Source: Massalongia carnosa
Lineage: Eukaryota
DNA: 64,000 bases
Assembly: GCA_965645245.1 (NCBI GenBank)
Contig: OZ287067.1
Location: forward strand, 2,232,001 to 2,296,000
Direction of reading: 5' to 3'
A model generated the notes under the pieces. The model worked only from the letters and a program-made list of their open reading frames with translations. It ran no database searches and was not told the DNA's origin. A program made the translations under genes and the position numbers. Shown here piece by piece: positions 1 to 11,213 of this stretch. The first letter of the stretch is position 1. Each line of letters begins with the position of its first letter.

Positions 1-217
1 GTATCATGTCATCACAGCACAAAGTAAGGTGTTGTTTACCTGAGAGTCGCAAGCTATCTTCTTCTCGACATATTCCTAACAGAAGAGTGTTGACGACTTT
101 AGGGGCAAGCCGATACAAGGATATCATGTGACTTGTTCGTACAGGACGTCATATCCGCATGTGTACTTTGTACTAAGTTCCACCTCCAACCATCATAGGG
201 AAGGCAAGATTATCAGT

Positions 218-1142
218 ATGGAGCGTTTGATATCGCCAGGTCTAACTCCACCTGAAGTTGCATTTCTATGTGAAATGGAACTAGTCACCGTTGTACCGCG
301 CCAACGACTCGAAGCACTAGAACTCCTCGGGGTGAGTGGCACCCTCATCGACTGAGCGTCCTCTCTCGGCTGTAGGTATATATTACAATCACTACCACTC
401 CCACTCCCCATCACCTTTCACGAAGAGATTAATTTTGGCAAAAAATCTCATCACTAACGAAACCCTAGGGCTCAATCCCCCCTCTTCTTCCCCCCTACCG
501 CACCTCCATTCCCCTCTGGCTCGCTCTCCTTCTTAAACGCCAACGAAGAGCCAATATCGTCCCCCCACCCTGGCTCTCCCCTCCCTCTCTAGACGCAATC
601 CTCAAGCTCGAAACGACACTCACACCCTTTACCCCGCCGCCCTCCCAACCTCCATCCCTTTCCAAGTTCACCCTGTCACCGCCCTTTCTACCTAGCGCGA
701 CCGCTGACGCGCCCTCGGATGCGCTTCCATATCATTGGCTAGAGTTGGGCGAAATGCTGCTGGATGCGGCGGTGGATGACATCCCAGAGCCAGACAGCGT
801 ACGCCGGCTAATGCGGGATTTACGGGAAGTGCGCATGGCAAAACTAAGGGCCGGGGTGGCGGTGTTGGAGGGGGGAAGAGAAGTCAAGATGAACGGAGTA
901 GGGGCGATGGAGGTAGCGGAGGGAAGGGCGTTTATCGTAGGGGTGGTGGATGGACTTCGGTGGGTTAACAGTTTCGTTTCGCGGCTGTTAAGAGGAGTGT
1001 GGGAGTACGAGAATGGCTAACACGAACTGGTGGCAGGAGAATCGGCGCGTCGAAGGAGCTTTCGCGAAAGGAGCGCGAAGCCGAGGAGAGGGAGAATGGG
1101 ATCGGAGCGGGCGATGACGATGACGATCTCATGGACATGTAA
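218..1142 (+). CDS. PSF2: GINS complex subunit Psf2 (3 exons: 218-331, 469-959, 1037-1142)
   Basis: Spliced translation [73 protein letters not shown]...[13 protein letters not shown]...[16 protein letters not shown]...MEVAEGRAF matches Psf2; introns GTGAGT..CTAAC..TAG and GTGGGT..CTAAC..CAG. Confidence 0.93.
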
Positions 1143-2232
1143 GGTGCTCTAGGTTTTCCGGGCTAGAAATGAATCATGAAGGGGAATATTCAAGGTGTTT
1201 TCAGCCTTTCCCGTCAGCCGCTTGCTAGGAGTTTCTTGAGCCCTGTTAGTTTATTTGTCACAAGCACCGCCTCCCGGAAGCTTCCTCAATAAAGAGGTGT
1301 TCAGACCACGGTTCCATTAACCCACTTTTGTTCTTTTGAGCTTCTTCTTATCCTCACATATCTCCCCATATCTCCCCTAAAATCCTCACTCCCAGAAAAG
1401 GGGCATGTCCTGGGTTTCCAGTCCATTCCTCTCACGAGACGAAACCGGAGGGATGAGCATAGAGAGGAGAGGAGGATGGAGAGGGTTTTTGGCGAGGGTA
1501 AGATGGAACATAAAAGAAGGAGAGGGGGGGAATAAGGACGAGGATATTTGGAAGATTTCAAGGTTCATCACTGTTTCTCCTTACCTATATACTTACCTAT
1601 CTATTCATCCATCCATCCATCCATTTATCCCATTTTCCAACCTTTAGATTTTTCTTTCCTTCTTTTCCATCACTCTCTCACAAACACCCGCATAGAAACG
1701 CTGGACCCCCAACCAACTCCACTAACGAACGAACGAACGAACGGGGAGATTTAGTATAGAACTCGAGGACATGGTCTGTTGTTCTTCGATTCTATGTCTA
1801 TTCATCTATTTATCTGATCGTCTAACTCCATTCACGCTGATTGAAGAACTCGCCCTTTCAAACGCCGCTCGTCTTGACGCAAAACCTACGACATCATGCA
1901 TGATGAGTGATGAAATGTAAAATTCCGTAAAAATAGAAAAGGGATTCTGCACGCCAAGCCCTTTTTCCCCTCGTAAATACAGTTTAATACTTTATTTTCC
2001 ACTCCATAATTTTATTTTCCCCCCTCCCTACATCATACCTCGACAGAATTATCTCTCACGTAACCCCCTCCCCCCTCCTACCTCCTCCTCCTCCCTCCAA
2101 ACCCAACCATCCACCCACCCAACCAACCAACCAACCAACTAACATCTATCCCCATCACCACCACCACCACCATATCCCTTCCACTCGCCCTCCAATCCTC
2201 TCCTGCATATCCAACAGCCCCAACCTCCCACA

Positions 2233-3044
2233 ATGCCCGACCAAACCCTCAACATCCCCTCCCTTGTCCTCGTCCTCGTCCTCGTCGTCCTCACCCTCCG
2301 CTACTTCTTCTTCGCTCCTAGCAGCAGCAGCAGCTCCGCCTCGGCGCGGGGGGGCAATCGGCGCGGACCCGATCCCGTCCACGTCGAGCAGATCGCGGCC
2401 ATGTTCCCGCAAGTGGGCCGGCGGGAGATTATTTGGGATTTGCAGCGCAACGGGGGCAGTGTGGCGGCGACGACGGAGCGGATTCTGGGGGGGAGGGGGT
2501 TGGAGGTGGTGAGTTGTTTCTTCTTCTTCTTCTTCTTTTTCTTCTTCATTTTATTTTCTTTCTGTTCTGTTTTCCGGGGGGTTTCTGCATGGGCGGCTTC
2601 CGTGTCAAAACGATACTTGATCTCGTGGGGAGGAAGGATGTCCCAAATCGCAGACGCCTCCCACCCCCCCTAAATCTCCCAACCACCAACGCTAATGCTA
2701 CCCCCTTCCCATTCTTTCTCTAGCCCCCCCCTTCCTTCCAACCCCCCCTCGCCACTCCTCCCTCCGCCTCCGCTTCCCCCAGCGCCAGCGCTAGCGCCCA
2801 CCCGGACCTAATCACGCGCTACAACCTCGCCTCCCGGCTTGCCGGCGCCGCAGTCCCAGCGCCAGCCGTAGACCCAGCGCCAGATCCAGTCCCAGCGCGG
2901 CCGGGGACGGGCACGTGGGCACCGAATCGCCAGGAACGCCAGGCGCTGCTGCAGAGACGGAGGGAGGAGATGGTGCTGAGTGCGCGGAGGAAGTTGTTGG
3001 AGGAGGAGGAGAGGATGAGGAGGACAAGGAGTGCGGGGGGTTGA
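2233..3044 (+). CDS. CUE-domain ubiquitin-binding membrane protein (Cue1/Cue4-like; exons 2233-2508, 2724-3044)
   Basis: N-terminal hydrophobic anchor (LVLVLVLVVLTLRYFF), CUE motif VEQIAAMFPQVGRREIIWDLQRNGGSVAATTERIL, then PDLITRYNL and W...RQALLQRRREEMVLSARRKL after a GTGAGT..CTAAT..TAG intron. Confidence 0.85.
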
Positions 3045-3656
3045 TTGGCTTCGTCGCTCCATCACCTATTTACCCACCCACCTACCTACTCTTTCTTACC
3101 TTACCTGCCCTACTTTACATCTCTACCCGGATACCATAACTCGAGCGAACTCACCCTAAAACATCTATATATATATATATGTTGAAAAAAGAAGGGGGTC
3201 TAAGCTACGCTTACTCGCATGACTAGCATTATGGGGGATGGGCGATGAGTATAGGCATGGGTACAGGATGAGTGAAGTAGGTAGTATTCATGCTCAATCT
3301 TTGATGTTTTATCTATTACATACATATCTGCCTACCTACCTACCTATGTACCTATATCCCCCAATCCCCTTCCCTAAACTCCCGGAAGCCCGAACCAAAC
3401 CTAAGTCTATATCAGTTATCTACATTAGTTGGTTATGTATCTATCTGTATCTCTGCTCTCTCTGTATAAAGATATATATATATATATATATATTATAGGT
3501 ATGCTTCACTAGTTGTTGGTTTATTGATTGATTAATTGGTTGGTTGAGATATGTATAATAGCTATGTATATGTTAGTTTTGCTTTGGTTTTTTGGGGGGG
3601 TGGGTTTAAGTCGTTGTGTGAGAGGGAGAGGAGACGAGACTAGTCTTGTTTTTTTG

Positions 3657-3706
3657 TTTCCGATTTTTCGATTTTTGATTTTCGATTTTTGATTTTCGAT
3701 TTTTTG
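3657..3706. repeat. Degenerate (TTTTYGA)n tandem repeat
   Basis: tttccgatttttcgatttttgattttcgatttttgattttcgatttttt read directly. Confidence 0.85.
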
Positions 3707-6700
3707 GAATGAGAATATACATACATATCATACACCCTCTCCAGTATTCCTTCCCTCCCTTTCCTACCTAGCTGTTCCGCCCCCCAAACCGGGAAGACTT
3801 CCTCCCCTTTGTTAAGCGTGGAGGGTCTGCATATGGATGAGCGGGGGGGAGGGGAGGGGTTTACAGCAGAGATCTACAGCTACTCCAAGGATTCAACCAA
3901 AACCGGGGGGGATGGTTGGTTGGAACCTCGTTTGTCATTTTTTTAGTTGGATGAGGTTTTTTGGGGGGGTGGTGAGGATGACGCGGTGCGGAAACTTGGT
4001 CTTCGGGACCTCCGATTCCACGAGTTTTGCGAAGCTCCTGCAGGAGACTGTAGATATCTTGCTCGCTGATATTAAGAGAACTGTTCGGTACGCAAGCGGT
4101 CCGTTGCGCAGCAGAGCACCCAGCTATGTTCAAATCGGCCATGAAACGTTTAGAACGAGGCGTAGCTCGATAACTTCGAAGCCGCCTTCATGCCAGTTTC
4201 CGAGCGATTTTTTGTGTATCGATGAGGGACGTGCACCTGTAAGCGTTCGCGGTAGAGGAATCATTGTTCATGTTCCACGAAGCTAGCCTTTTCGATGAGG
4301 TCTTTCCTACAAGCTGATCGGAGGATTCTTCTCTCTTGGTTAGAAACGGCCTCGGAGCATTAGCCTGGATCATTCCCAGGGCCTAGTCATCAAAGTGAGG
4401 AAAAACTGACCAACAAAACAGCAAGGACCCTGGTGCCTCGTAGGTGGGTGTGCTGTTGCCTTCGGAGAACTGGCGGGAGGTTGATCCAAGGGTTATAGCA
4501 GTCTCTTCGAGGCATGTTCTGTCGGGTGAATTTTAAGTTGTTGGAACTGGCTGATATGGAAAGAGGCGGAGTTCAACGTAGGGAGCGAGAAGAGAAAATC
4601 GCGCAACGGCAAGGAAGAATCGACAATTTCTCCTCGTGTTGGTTGCAGCTTCACGAGGCCATGATTGTAGCTTTAGCAAACAACTCGACACCTCGCAGAT
4701 ACGAACCAAAGGTGATAACCGAAGAATAAGCCACCGCGTTATGTCACCACCTCGTCGTACGGGGAGATGCATTGATAAAAAACGGATGGGAAATTGAGCA
4801 AACCGCAGGAAGGTAAAAATAGATCCAACAGCACGAACAAAGGAAAGGAGCCGAGAAACTTCCGGTTGTAGGCGATCAAGTGCAGAAGATATTGATCGAT
4901 GCCCAGCACCCGTGGTCAATTCGTGTATTGCTAGGGTGAGGCGGCAGAGTTGGCACCGCAATCGGATTCGCTTGGGAAGCTGTCGAGGTTGATATCATGA
5001 CTGGTAGTCGATACTCTATGTTAATGAGCTAGAAGTAACGAAGTCCTGAAGAGATTGCCTGATGTTAACAATAGACCTGCGTTAAGCAACAAAGGAGACG
5101 GAGGAAGCAACCCTTGACGGGACAGCCATAAGAGCGCGGAGTTTGTACATCCGATCAGGCTTGCAGGACACACTCCGAAGACCCTGAAGATCCTTCCCAG
5201 CCACTTCGGTAAAGCTCCTTTCAGCGACAACGTAATAGAAGCTAAACACCACCCTTTTACGACCCGTCCGAACAGCATCATCCTTTATATCGCTGGACGT
5301 GATTCGGCACGATAGGCGAGATGATGTATCAGGTATAGCTAACAAAAACAAACGAAATGAGAAGTTTATGGATACCAGAGATTGGGAATCTCCATATCGA
5401 CCCCCATGAACGCGTGCAAGAGTGATCGGGTTGATTAAAAAACGCTTGGGCTGGAGATGATGGCTTGGAAAGAATGATGGTTTGGAAGTAGGTATCAAGT
5501 CCAGCTAACAAAAGTAAGAGTGATCATTTTGGTTGCGCGAGAACGAGATGACCGTGCAGTTCCATTTGCTGGGGGGCGATGATGATCGTGAGCCTGAACG
5601 GAATGGGGGAGGTACCCGTACCAGTAAGAGATCCACTGGGTATCGGGAATCTCTCTCCTCATTTATCGACTCATACCTCCAGAGTCTCGGAGAGGTCTCA
5701 GAGATTAGGTAAGGCACGTCGAGTTGGTCAGTGGTATATGCTCGTACTCATCCAAGCCAGTATGTCCAACCCGATCCGTGAGAATGCTGAGACCCTGAGA
5801 TCCATAATCGTCAAGGGCAGGCCCATAAAAGAAGAAGAGTTGTTTGTTGTACCCAGTAGGTTCCATATATCCCCATTCCATTGGATGTCTCTAGGCTTCC
5901 TCACAACTCCTGATGAAGGACTCAATCAGGCGCACCATGGTGGAGCTTTGAGCCACGTGTCCTCGGATTGCGACAGGACTCGTGCTTTTCAGATTACAGA
6001 AAGGAGCAGTTCTAATTGGACTCCTTGGAGTTCGAGCAGCAAACAAAGGGAAAAGATGGCGCCGGGAGTGGGCGAGAGGGATTACCTAATAGGGTCGTAC
6101 CGATTCGTAAAGGGATCCATTTGAAGACAGGTCACATGTCATCATGGTATCCTAAGCTTAATCCTACTCTGCCAAATGGATGCGATGTAATTCCCCGCGG
6201 AGCCATCAGCGATGTGCCTTGTTTGGTGCTTCCTCTGGTTTGTAAACGTCAGGCAAGAGGATGCTTGCGGGACTTTGATGACGGCATGATTTTCAGATGA
6301 TCTCACTCCGATCGACGAGACGCGGACGCGACGAGCGAGAGCGATGTGGTCAAGTGAATTGCTTGGGGGAATTGCTTGGAAATCCGAGGGTGGAAGCCGC
6401 TGCCATCAGACTTCGGCATCGTCGAGATGGATTTCTCATCGGCGATTCCCCTGTTTGGTTCGATGCGCATGTCAAGGTCCTCAACCACGGATACGGATAC
6501 GGAAAGGCAAATGATGTGTCAGTCGTGGGTTGTTTGCACGGTTCGGGTGAAGATGTGATGAGTTGAGATGGCATTTTCCCGTTTGATGATTGGCTTTGTA
6601 CCAGGCCAGACCCGACCCGAGACAAAGGATCGACTAAGCAGGCATCATCATCACGACCTCCCAGACCAGACTAGTGAACTGGGGAGACGACTCTACTAGT

Positions 6701-7003
6701 ACAACAACACTCGGAGTTTCATGCAGAGACTCTGGACTCACACTTGGCCCTTGATTCAATGAGGGGTGCATCACGTAGCGCATGGCTTGGCGCATGGACC
6801 ACCCCCTCTCCCTCATTTACCACGTGGCCAGGCAAGCCACCAGAAAGCAAATCCTTCCATGTTGTAATCCTCTCCACCCTAGCTTCCTCGGTAACACGAG
6901 GCTAACCATACGCGGTAAGACCAGCATGAACGACAAAAAGCGGAGAGTGCGGATAAAACAAGCGGAGTCGGGATGTCATCATGTTCACCTTGCGATGGAC
7001 TTG

Positions 7004-7043
7004 TATCCCATATCCCATATCCCATATCCCATATCCCATATCC
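7004..7043. repeat. (TATCCCA)n 7-bp tandem repeat
   Basis: Five full units plus a partial unit read directly. Confidence 0.9.
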
Positions 7044-7861
7044 TACCGGCAAAACCCCCGAAAATCACCAAGCAGTGATCGGGATTTTCGGTCGCCGTTA
7101 AAGTCAGCTGGGTCTTCTCCAAATATCGTAGCATTCTTCAGCTCGAACGAGCGACGGTACGAGCGTCTGACTCTGTAACTCTGTAATTATCTACTATCTA
7201 GTTGCGTCTGCAGAAGCCGTAAGAAGATGTGATAATTACACTCGGGCCCGAGTGGCGGAGATAGGAGACTTGGCAATCACAAGGCCCGAAGCTCGGTAAG
7301 GGCGGTTGGCGAATGTCGGTCTGAACGATGTCCGCTCTCGAAAGTTAAGGAAATGGATCCTTCACCTCGGAATTGGAATGCTCGGTCAAATCGGACAGCG
7401 GCGCTGATTGGCGTGCTTCCCCTTCGGTTTGCCGGGTACCTGGTACAGAGAGTACTTTCTGAGCCATCCATGAACTCTCGTGATTGACAAGGATTGGATG
7501 GATGGAGAAATACGCCAGGCTGCAAGCTGCAAATACCACGAGGTACCCTTGCTGCTGCATGCTGCCTAGCCTTGTCGCATGATGTGCAAAGCGTTGTGAA
7601 GTGGATGGAAAATGCTTGGTTGGACAAACCATGTCCACGTCGCTCACGATCTTTTTGTGTCTGCGTTGCACAGGCGCACAAGTCCCCCCTTGATGAAGTT
7701 AAGACTCCCTGATCGAGATGATGATGATTCGGTAGACCGGATAACAGGGAGCGTGTTCTATGCAGTACGAGTCCTAATACATCATCTCATCTCATATACA
7801 CTTTGTAGAAACATAATGTTCAACGAGTAGCTATCGTCATTAGATATTCTATGGCCGTACG

Positions 7862-7940
7862 CTGCAATACTCTGCAATACTCTGCAATAATCTGCTGCAA
7901 TACTCTGCAATACTCTGCATTACCCGGCATTACTCTGTAA
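7862..7940. repeat. (CTGCAATACT)n degenerate 10-bp tandem repeat
   Basis: About 7 units, decaying toward the 3' end. Confidence 0.85.
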
Positions 7941-9233
7941 AATCGAACTTTTCTTCCGTCACATGCATATCGAGCAAAAGAAGCCAAGTTTCAGAGCTGG
8001 CTGCGTCTAGGGATATCCCGGCCAACCTCGTTCAGCAACTGGGTCATTAAAGACGAAGCCTGTGGAACCAAACACGAATAATAGCACCAACATACCTAGT
8101 AGAACTACCCGATATAATGGTTCGTGCTTTCATATTAGAGTGTTTCAACTCTCCCAACTTAACAGATTCCCACACGCTTCTATGGAGTACAGCGTACTCT
8201 GCTGCACTTCGGTACCTCCAGGCTCCATGCTCCAAGCTCTATGGGCGGTAAACCATACTGAAAGCCAACGGCCACTCATTTGCTTGCTATCGTGACAGCA
8301 TCAGACAAGAGACTGATGACGTGCGTCGGATCATACATCCACGCAACATGGCAGAGATGCTGAACATGTGCCAAGCAGCTAGGAGAAAGCATGGTAAAAC
8401 GCATGACTCCAGAGATCTTTAAGCGACAAGACTGAGCGAGAAACAGTACTCAATAAACTTTCCCAAAAGCGTTGTTTCTGCCTTGGCCGGTAACCTTCGC
8501 TTTGTTTCACAGCCCTCTCGTTCAGAGTGCTTGAAAGCTGGACACAGTCCACGGAACGCTAAGTTTGATTCCCGCTTCGCCACATAATAGTCGTCCAGAG
8601 GTTAAGGGAGAGAACTAGTAGGGACCTAATGCTTTGTCGCAATCGCGTACGGAATACGGAGTACCTTGTAGAGATATACCCATACAGAGCAATGCGAGAT
8701 GTGCCAACAGTCGATTCATCAGCATGCAATCACGCTCTGCATGGTTCCATGTCAGCATCAGCAGAGAATACGCGTCCGAGACGCAACACTTGCCACCTCG
8801 ACTTGGTTTCTTTGTTTTGCGTTACTGTACAGACTACTCCGTCCTCTGTGCTCGGCATGTACGTCAGAAGTCAGAAGTTGCACCGAAACCCACCAGTGCC
8901 ACCGTCCTATGCAGTCAGACTTCTCGTAGCACGAACGTGAGCAGGACACACGAGAAGCTGCATGATCGCAACGCCAGCCGTACATAAAACTTTGCAGATA
9001 ACCTTCCTTACCACCCAGAATCTTCACGTTGTTCATGGACTTGTGGGGGGGAAATCTGGAGGTTCTGAAATGGTGATACGATGGGGATGGACGATGGAGC
9101 CAACGGGCGGAAATTAAGCATCGATCTCGTTGCCGTTGCCAATGAAGATCTACCAATGTCCCAGAAGAAGGTTTTGCTAGGCCTAATGAGGAGCGATTGT
9201 GCACGCATACAAGCAGATTGACTGGCGATCAGC

Positions 9234-9269
9234 TTTGGGTAGTTTGGGTAGTTTGGGTAGCTTGGGGTA
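9234..9269. repeat. (TTTGGGTAG)n 9-bp tandem repeat
   Basis: About 4 units read directly. Confidence 0.8.
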
Positions 9270-9770
9270 CTCTGTACACTGTGTTGAAAGCACATTCATG
9301 CATCCATTATTCTTGGTGATCAGGTTCTCTGGTGTCGACACCAGAACCAAATCATTCCTTACGGTCACGACGCAAATTTGCTAGGCTTACTCCGTACTTA
9401 CCTATCAAAGCCATGAGGCAACCGACAAATCGACCACCGACATCTCGCTTCTGCGTTCTATTTGTTAACATCCCAGAAACTTACATATCCCAAAACCGTT
9501 GTGAAGTCTCAAAAGGGTTTACACCCATCGGCAGATTTTCCCTTCATATCGCTACCAACGGTGGAGTGGCTCTTCTCCCCATGCCTGGGGAGTATTCGAT
9601 AAAAGGCTTGGGTACCCATGGTATGTACGTACAAAGTACCTGTGCACCGAAGAGAGCTTGCCAGGTTAGTACCTAGTTACAGAGTACCCGTGGACCAAGT
9701 CCTTTGTCCAAGAGTCCTGATCCCGTGTTCTGCTTTCGGGAAGTACTTACCTAGGGGGAATATGCTATTT

Positions 9771-9860
9771 GTTACATGCTATTACATGCAATCACATGCA
9801 ATCGCATGCAATCGCATGCTATCATATGGTATCATATGCTGTTACATGTCGTTACTTGCT
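9771..9860. repeat. Degenerate 10-bp tandem repeat (RTYRCATGCW-like)
   Basis: gttacatgct attacatgca atcacatgca atcgcatgca atcgcatgct atcatatggt atcatatgct gttacatgtc gttacttgct: 9 in-phase units. Confidence 0.85.
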
Positions 9861-9914
9861 CTGTAACTTGGTGTGAAAGTATTATGTTATTTATTTGCGG
9901 TTCAGGCAGTGATC

Positions 9915-9976
9915 AGGATCATTCCATACCTCTCACGTTCTGAGTAGGATCATTCCATACCTCTCACGTTCTGAGT
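9915..9976. repeat. Perfect 31-bp tandem duplication
   Basis: aggatcattccatacctctcacgttctgagt at 9915-9945 and 9946-9976. Confidence 0.95.
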
Positions 9977-10420
9977 CATCAAGGAATCAGGTAAAGCGAA
10001 TCACTTCCATCGGAATTGGTGTTTTGGTTTGGATGTTTGTAATATGCATGCGCATGCGCCTTCGTCCTAATTCCAGAGTAACGTAAGGATCAAGTCCCGC
10101 CCCCTATTTCCAGCTCTCCACGCATGTTGACCGGATGGGGGTTAGCGCAGTCGAGCCATACACGTTTTCTTCCACCAAAGGGTACAGCTCTGCATTAGTG
10201 GATTAGGTAGTGGAATTATTCTTAGGCTGTGCATCATGTCTGATGTCCTTCCATGCCATGTTGCTCTTCCTTGTCTCCTCGTGTCACCAAGATCGACAAT
10301 CTGATACAAATTTCCCCCTCTTGGCTTAACGTTCCTTGAACTCGTGGCAAAAGCATGGATGTCATCTACACTTGACTTTCTCTCGTACCTTGCTCGTTGC
10401 TTCCCCCCCTTCCCCTCCAA

Positions 10421-10455
10421 CCCAGAGCCCAGAGCCCAGAGCCCAGAGCCCAGAG
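10421..10455. repeat. (CCCAGAG)5 tandem repeat
   Basis: Read directly. Confidence 0.9.
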
Positions 10456-11213
10456 CTAGCTACGAGTACCGCGTACGGAGTACAGAGGTGCCTCCAGAAG
10501 TACCTACCGACCTGCCTTCCGATCTTGTCATCAACCACGTTAAAAACTCTCTTTCTTCCCCTCCCCGGTGGACATCGCACTTGCTGATTATTACCACTTT
10601 CACACCGTACAAGAGTACATCCGCCTGCCTCGGTAGTGGACTGTATATTCCTTCAGCGAGATACCAATCAGTTCCTGCGTAGGTGCTCCCGGGTTGATTG
10701 AGCAACAAGACACAGCTTTCCCCCTTTTGCTGGACTGCCCGCGACTTTCATTACTAAGGGGTTCCTCATCTTTACCGATCTTCCTGCGAGGAACCCTATT
10801 ATTACATACCAGACTACGACGCCCTCCCTCTTCCCTTTCCCCTCTTAGCTACAACGAATTTGCTTCTCTTCCCTTAGCCCACCGATTGAACCTGCCCACC
10901 ACATCCCTTCTAGAGCGGAAAATTTAAATAATAAAAACACACACACAAAAAAAAAGGAACGAGGAAAAGCAAGGTGGGCTTTCTGCTTTGAAATCCGCAG
11001 ATCCTGTCGTAATCCCTCGTGTCCATATCGATCCCCATTGCCGTTTGCTGCGCACATCCTCAGGCAAAGACTCCCCAATTCCAGCGCCGGTTACTCCGTC
11101 ACTAAAATACCAAAACACCCCCATCGAAACGTACCGAACCACCACTAAAGTAAAAGCACCTAGGAATCTAACCCTTGGCTGGTCTAATCGGCCCTAGGCC
11201 AAAGTTGCCTTAC

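Noticed and set aside
1301..1920. Small spliced gene between PSF2 and the CUE gene
   Set aside because: Splice-like signals exist (GTTCAT..CTAAC..TAG), but the translations are low-complexity products of the C/G blocks and resemble no known family.
7004..10455. CRISPR-like array or telomeric repeats
   Set aside because: Repeats are head-to-tail without unique spacers, there are no cas genes, the context is eukaryotic, and there is no TTAGGG array.
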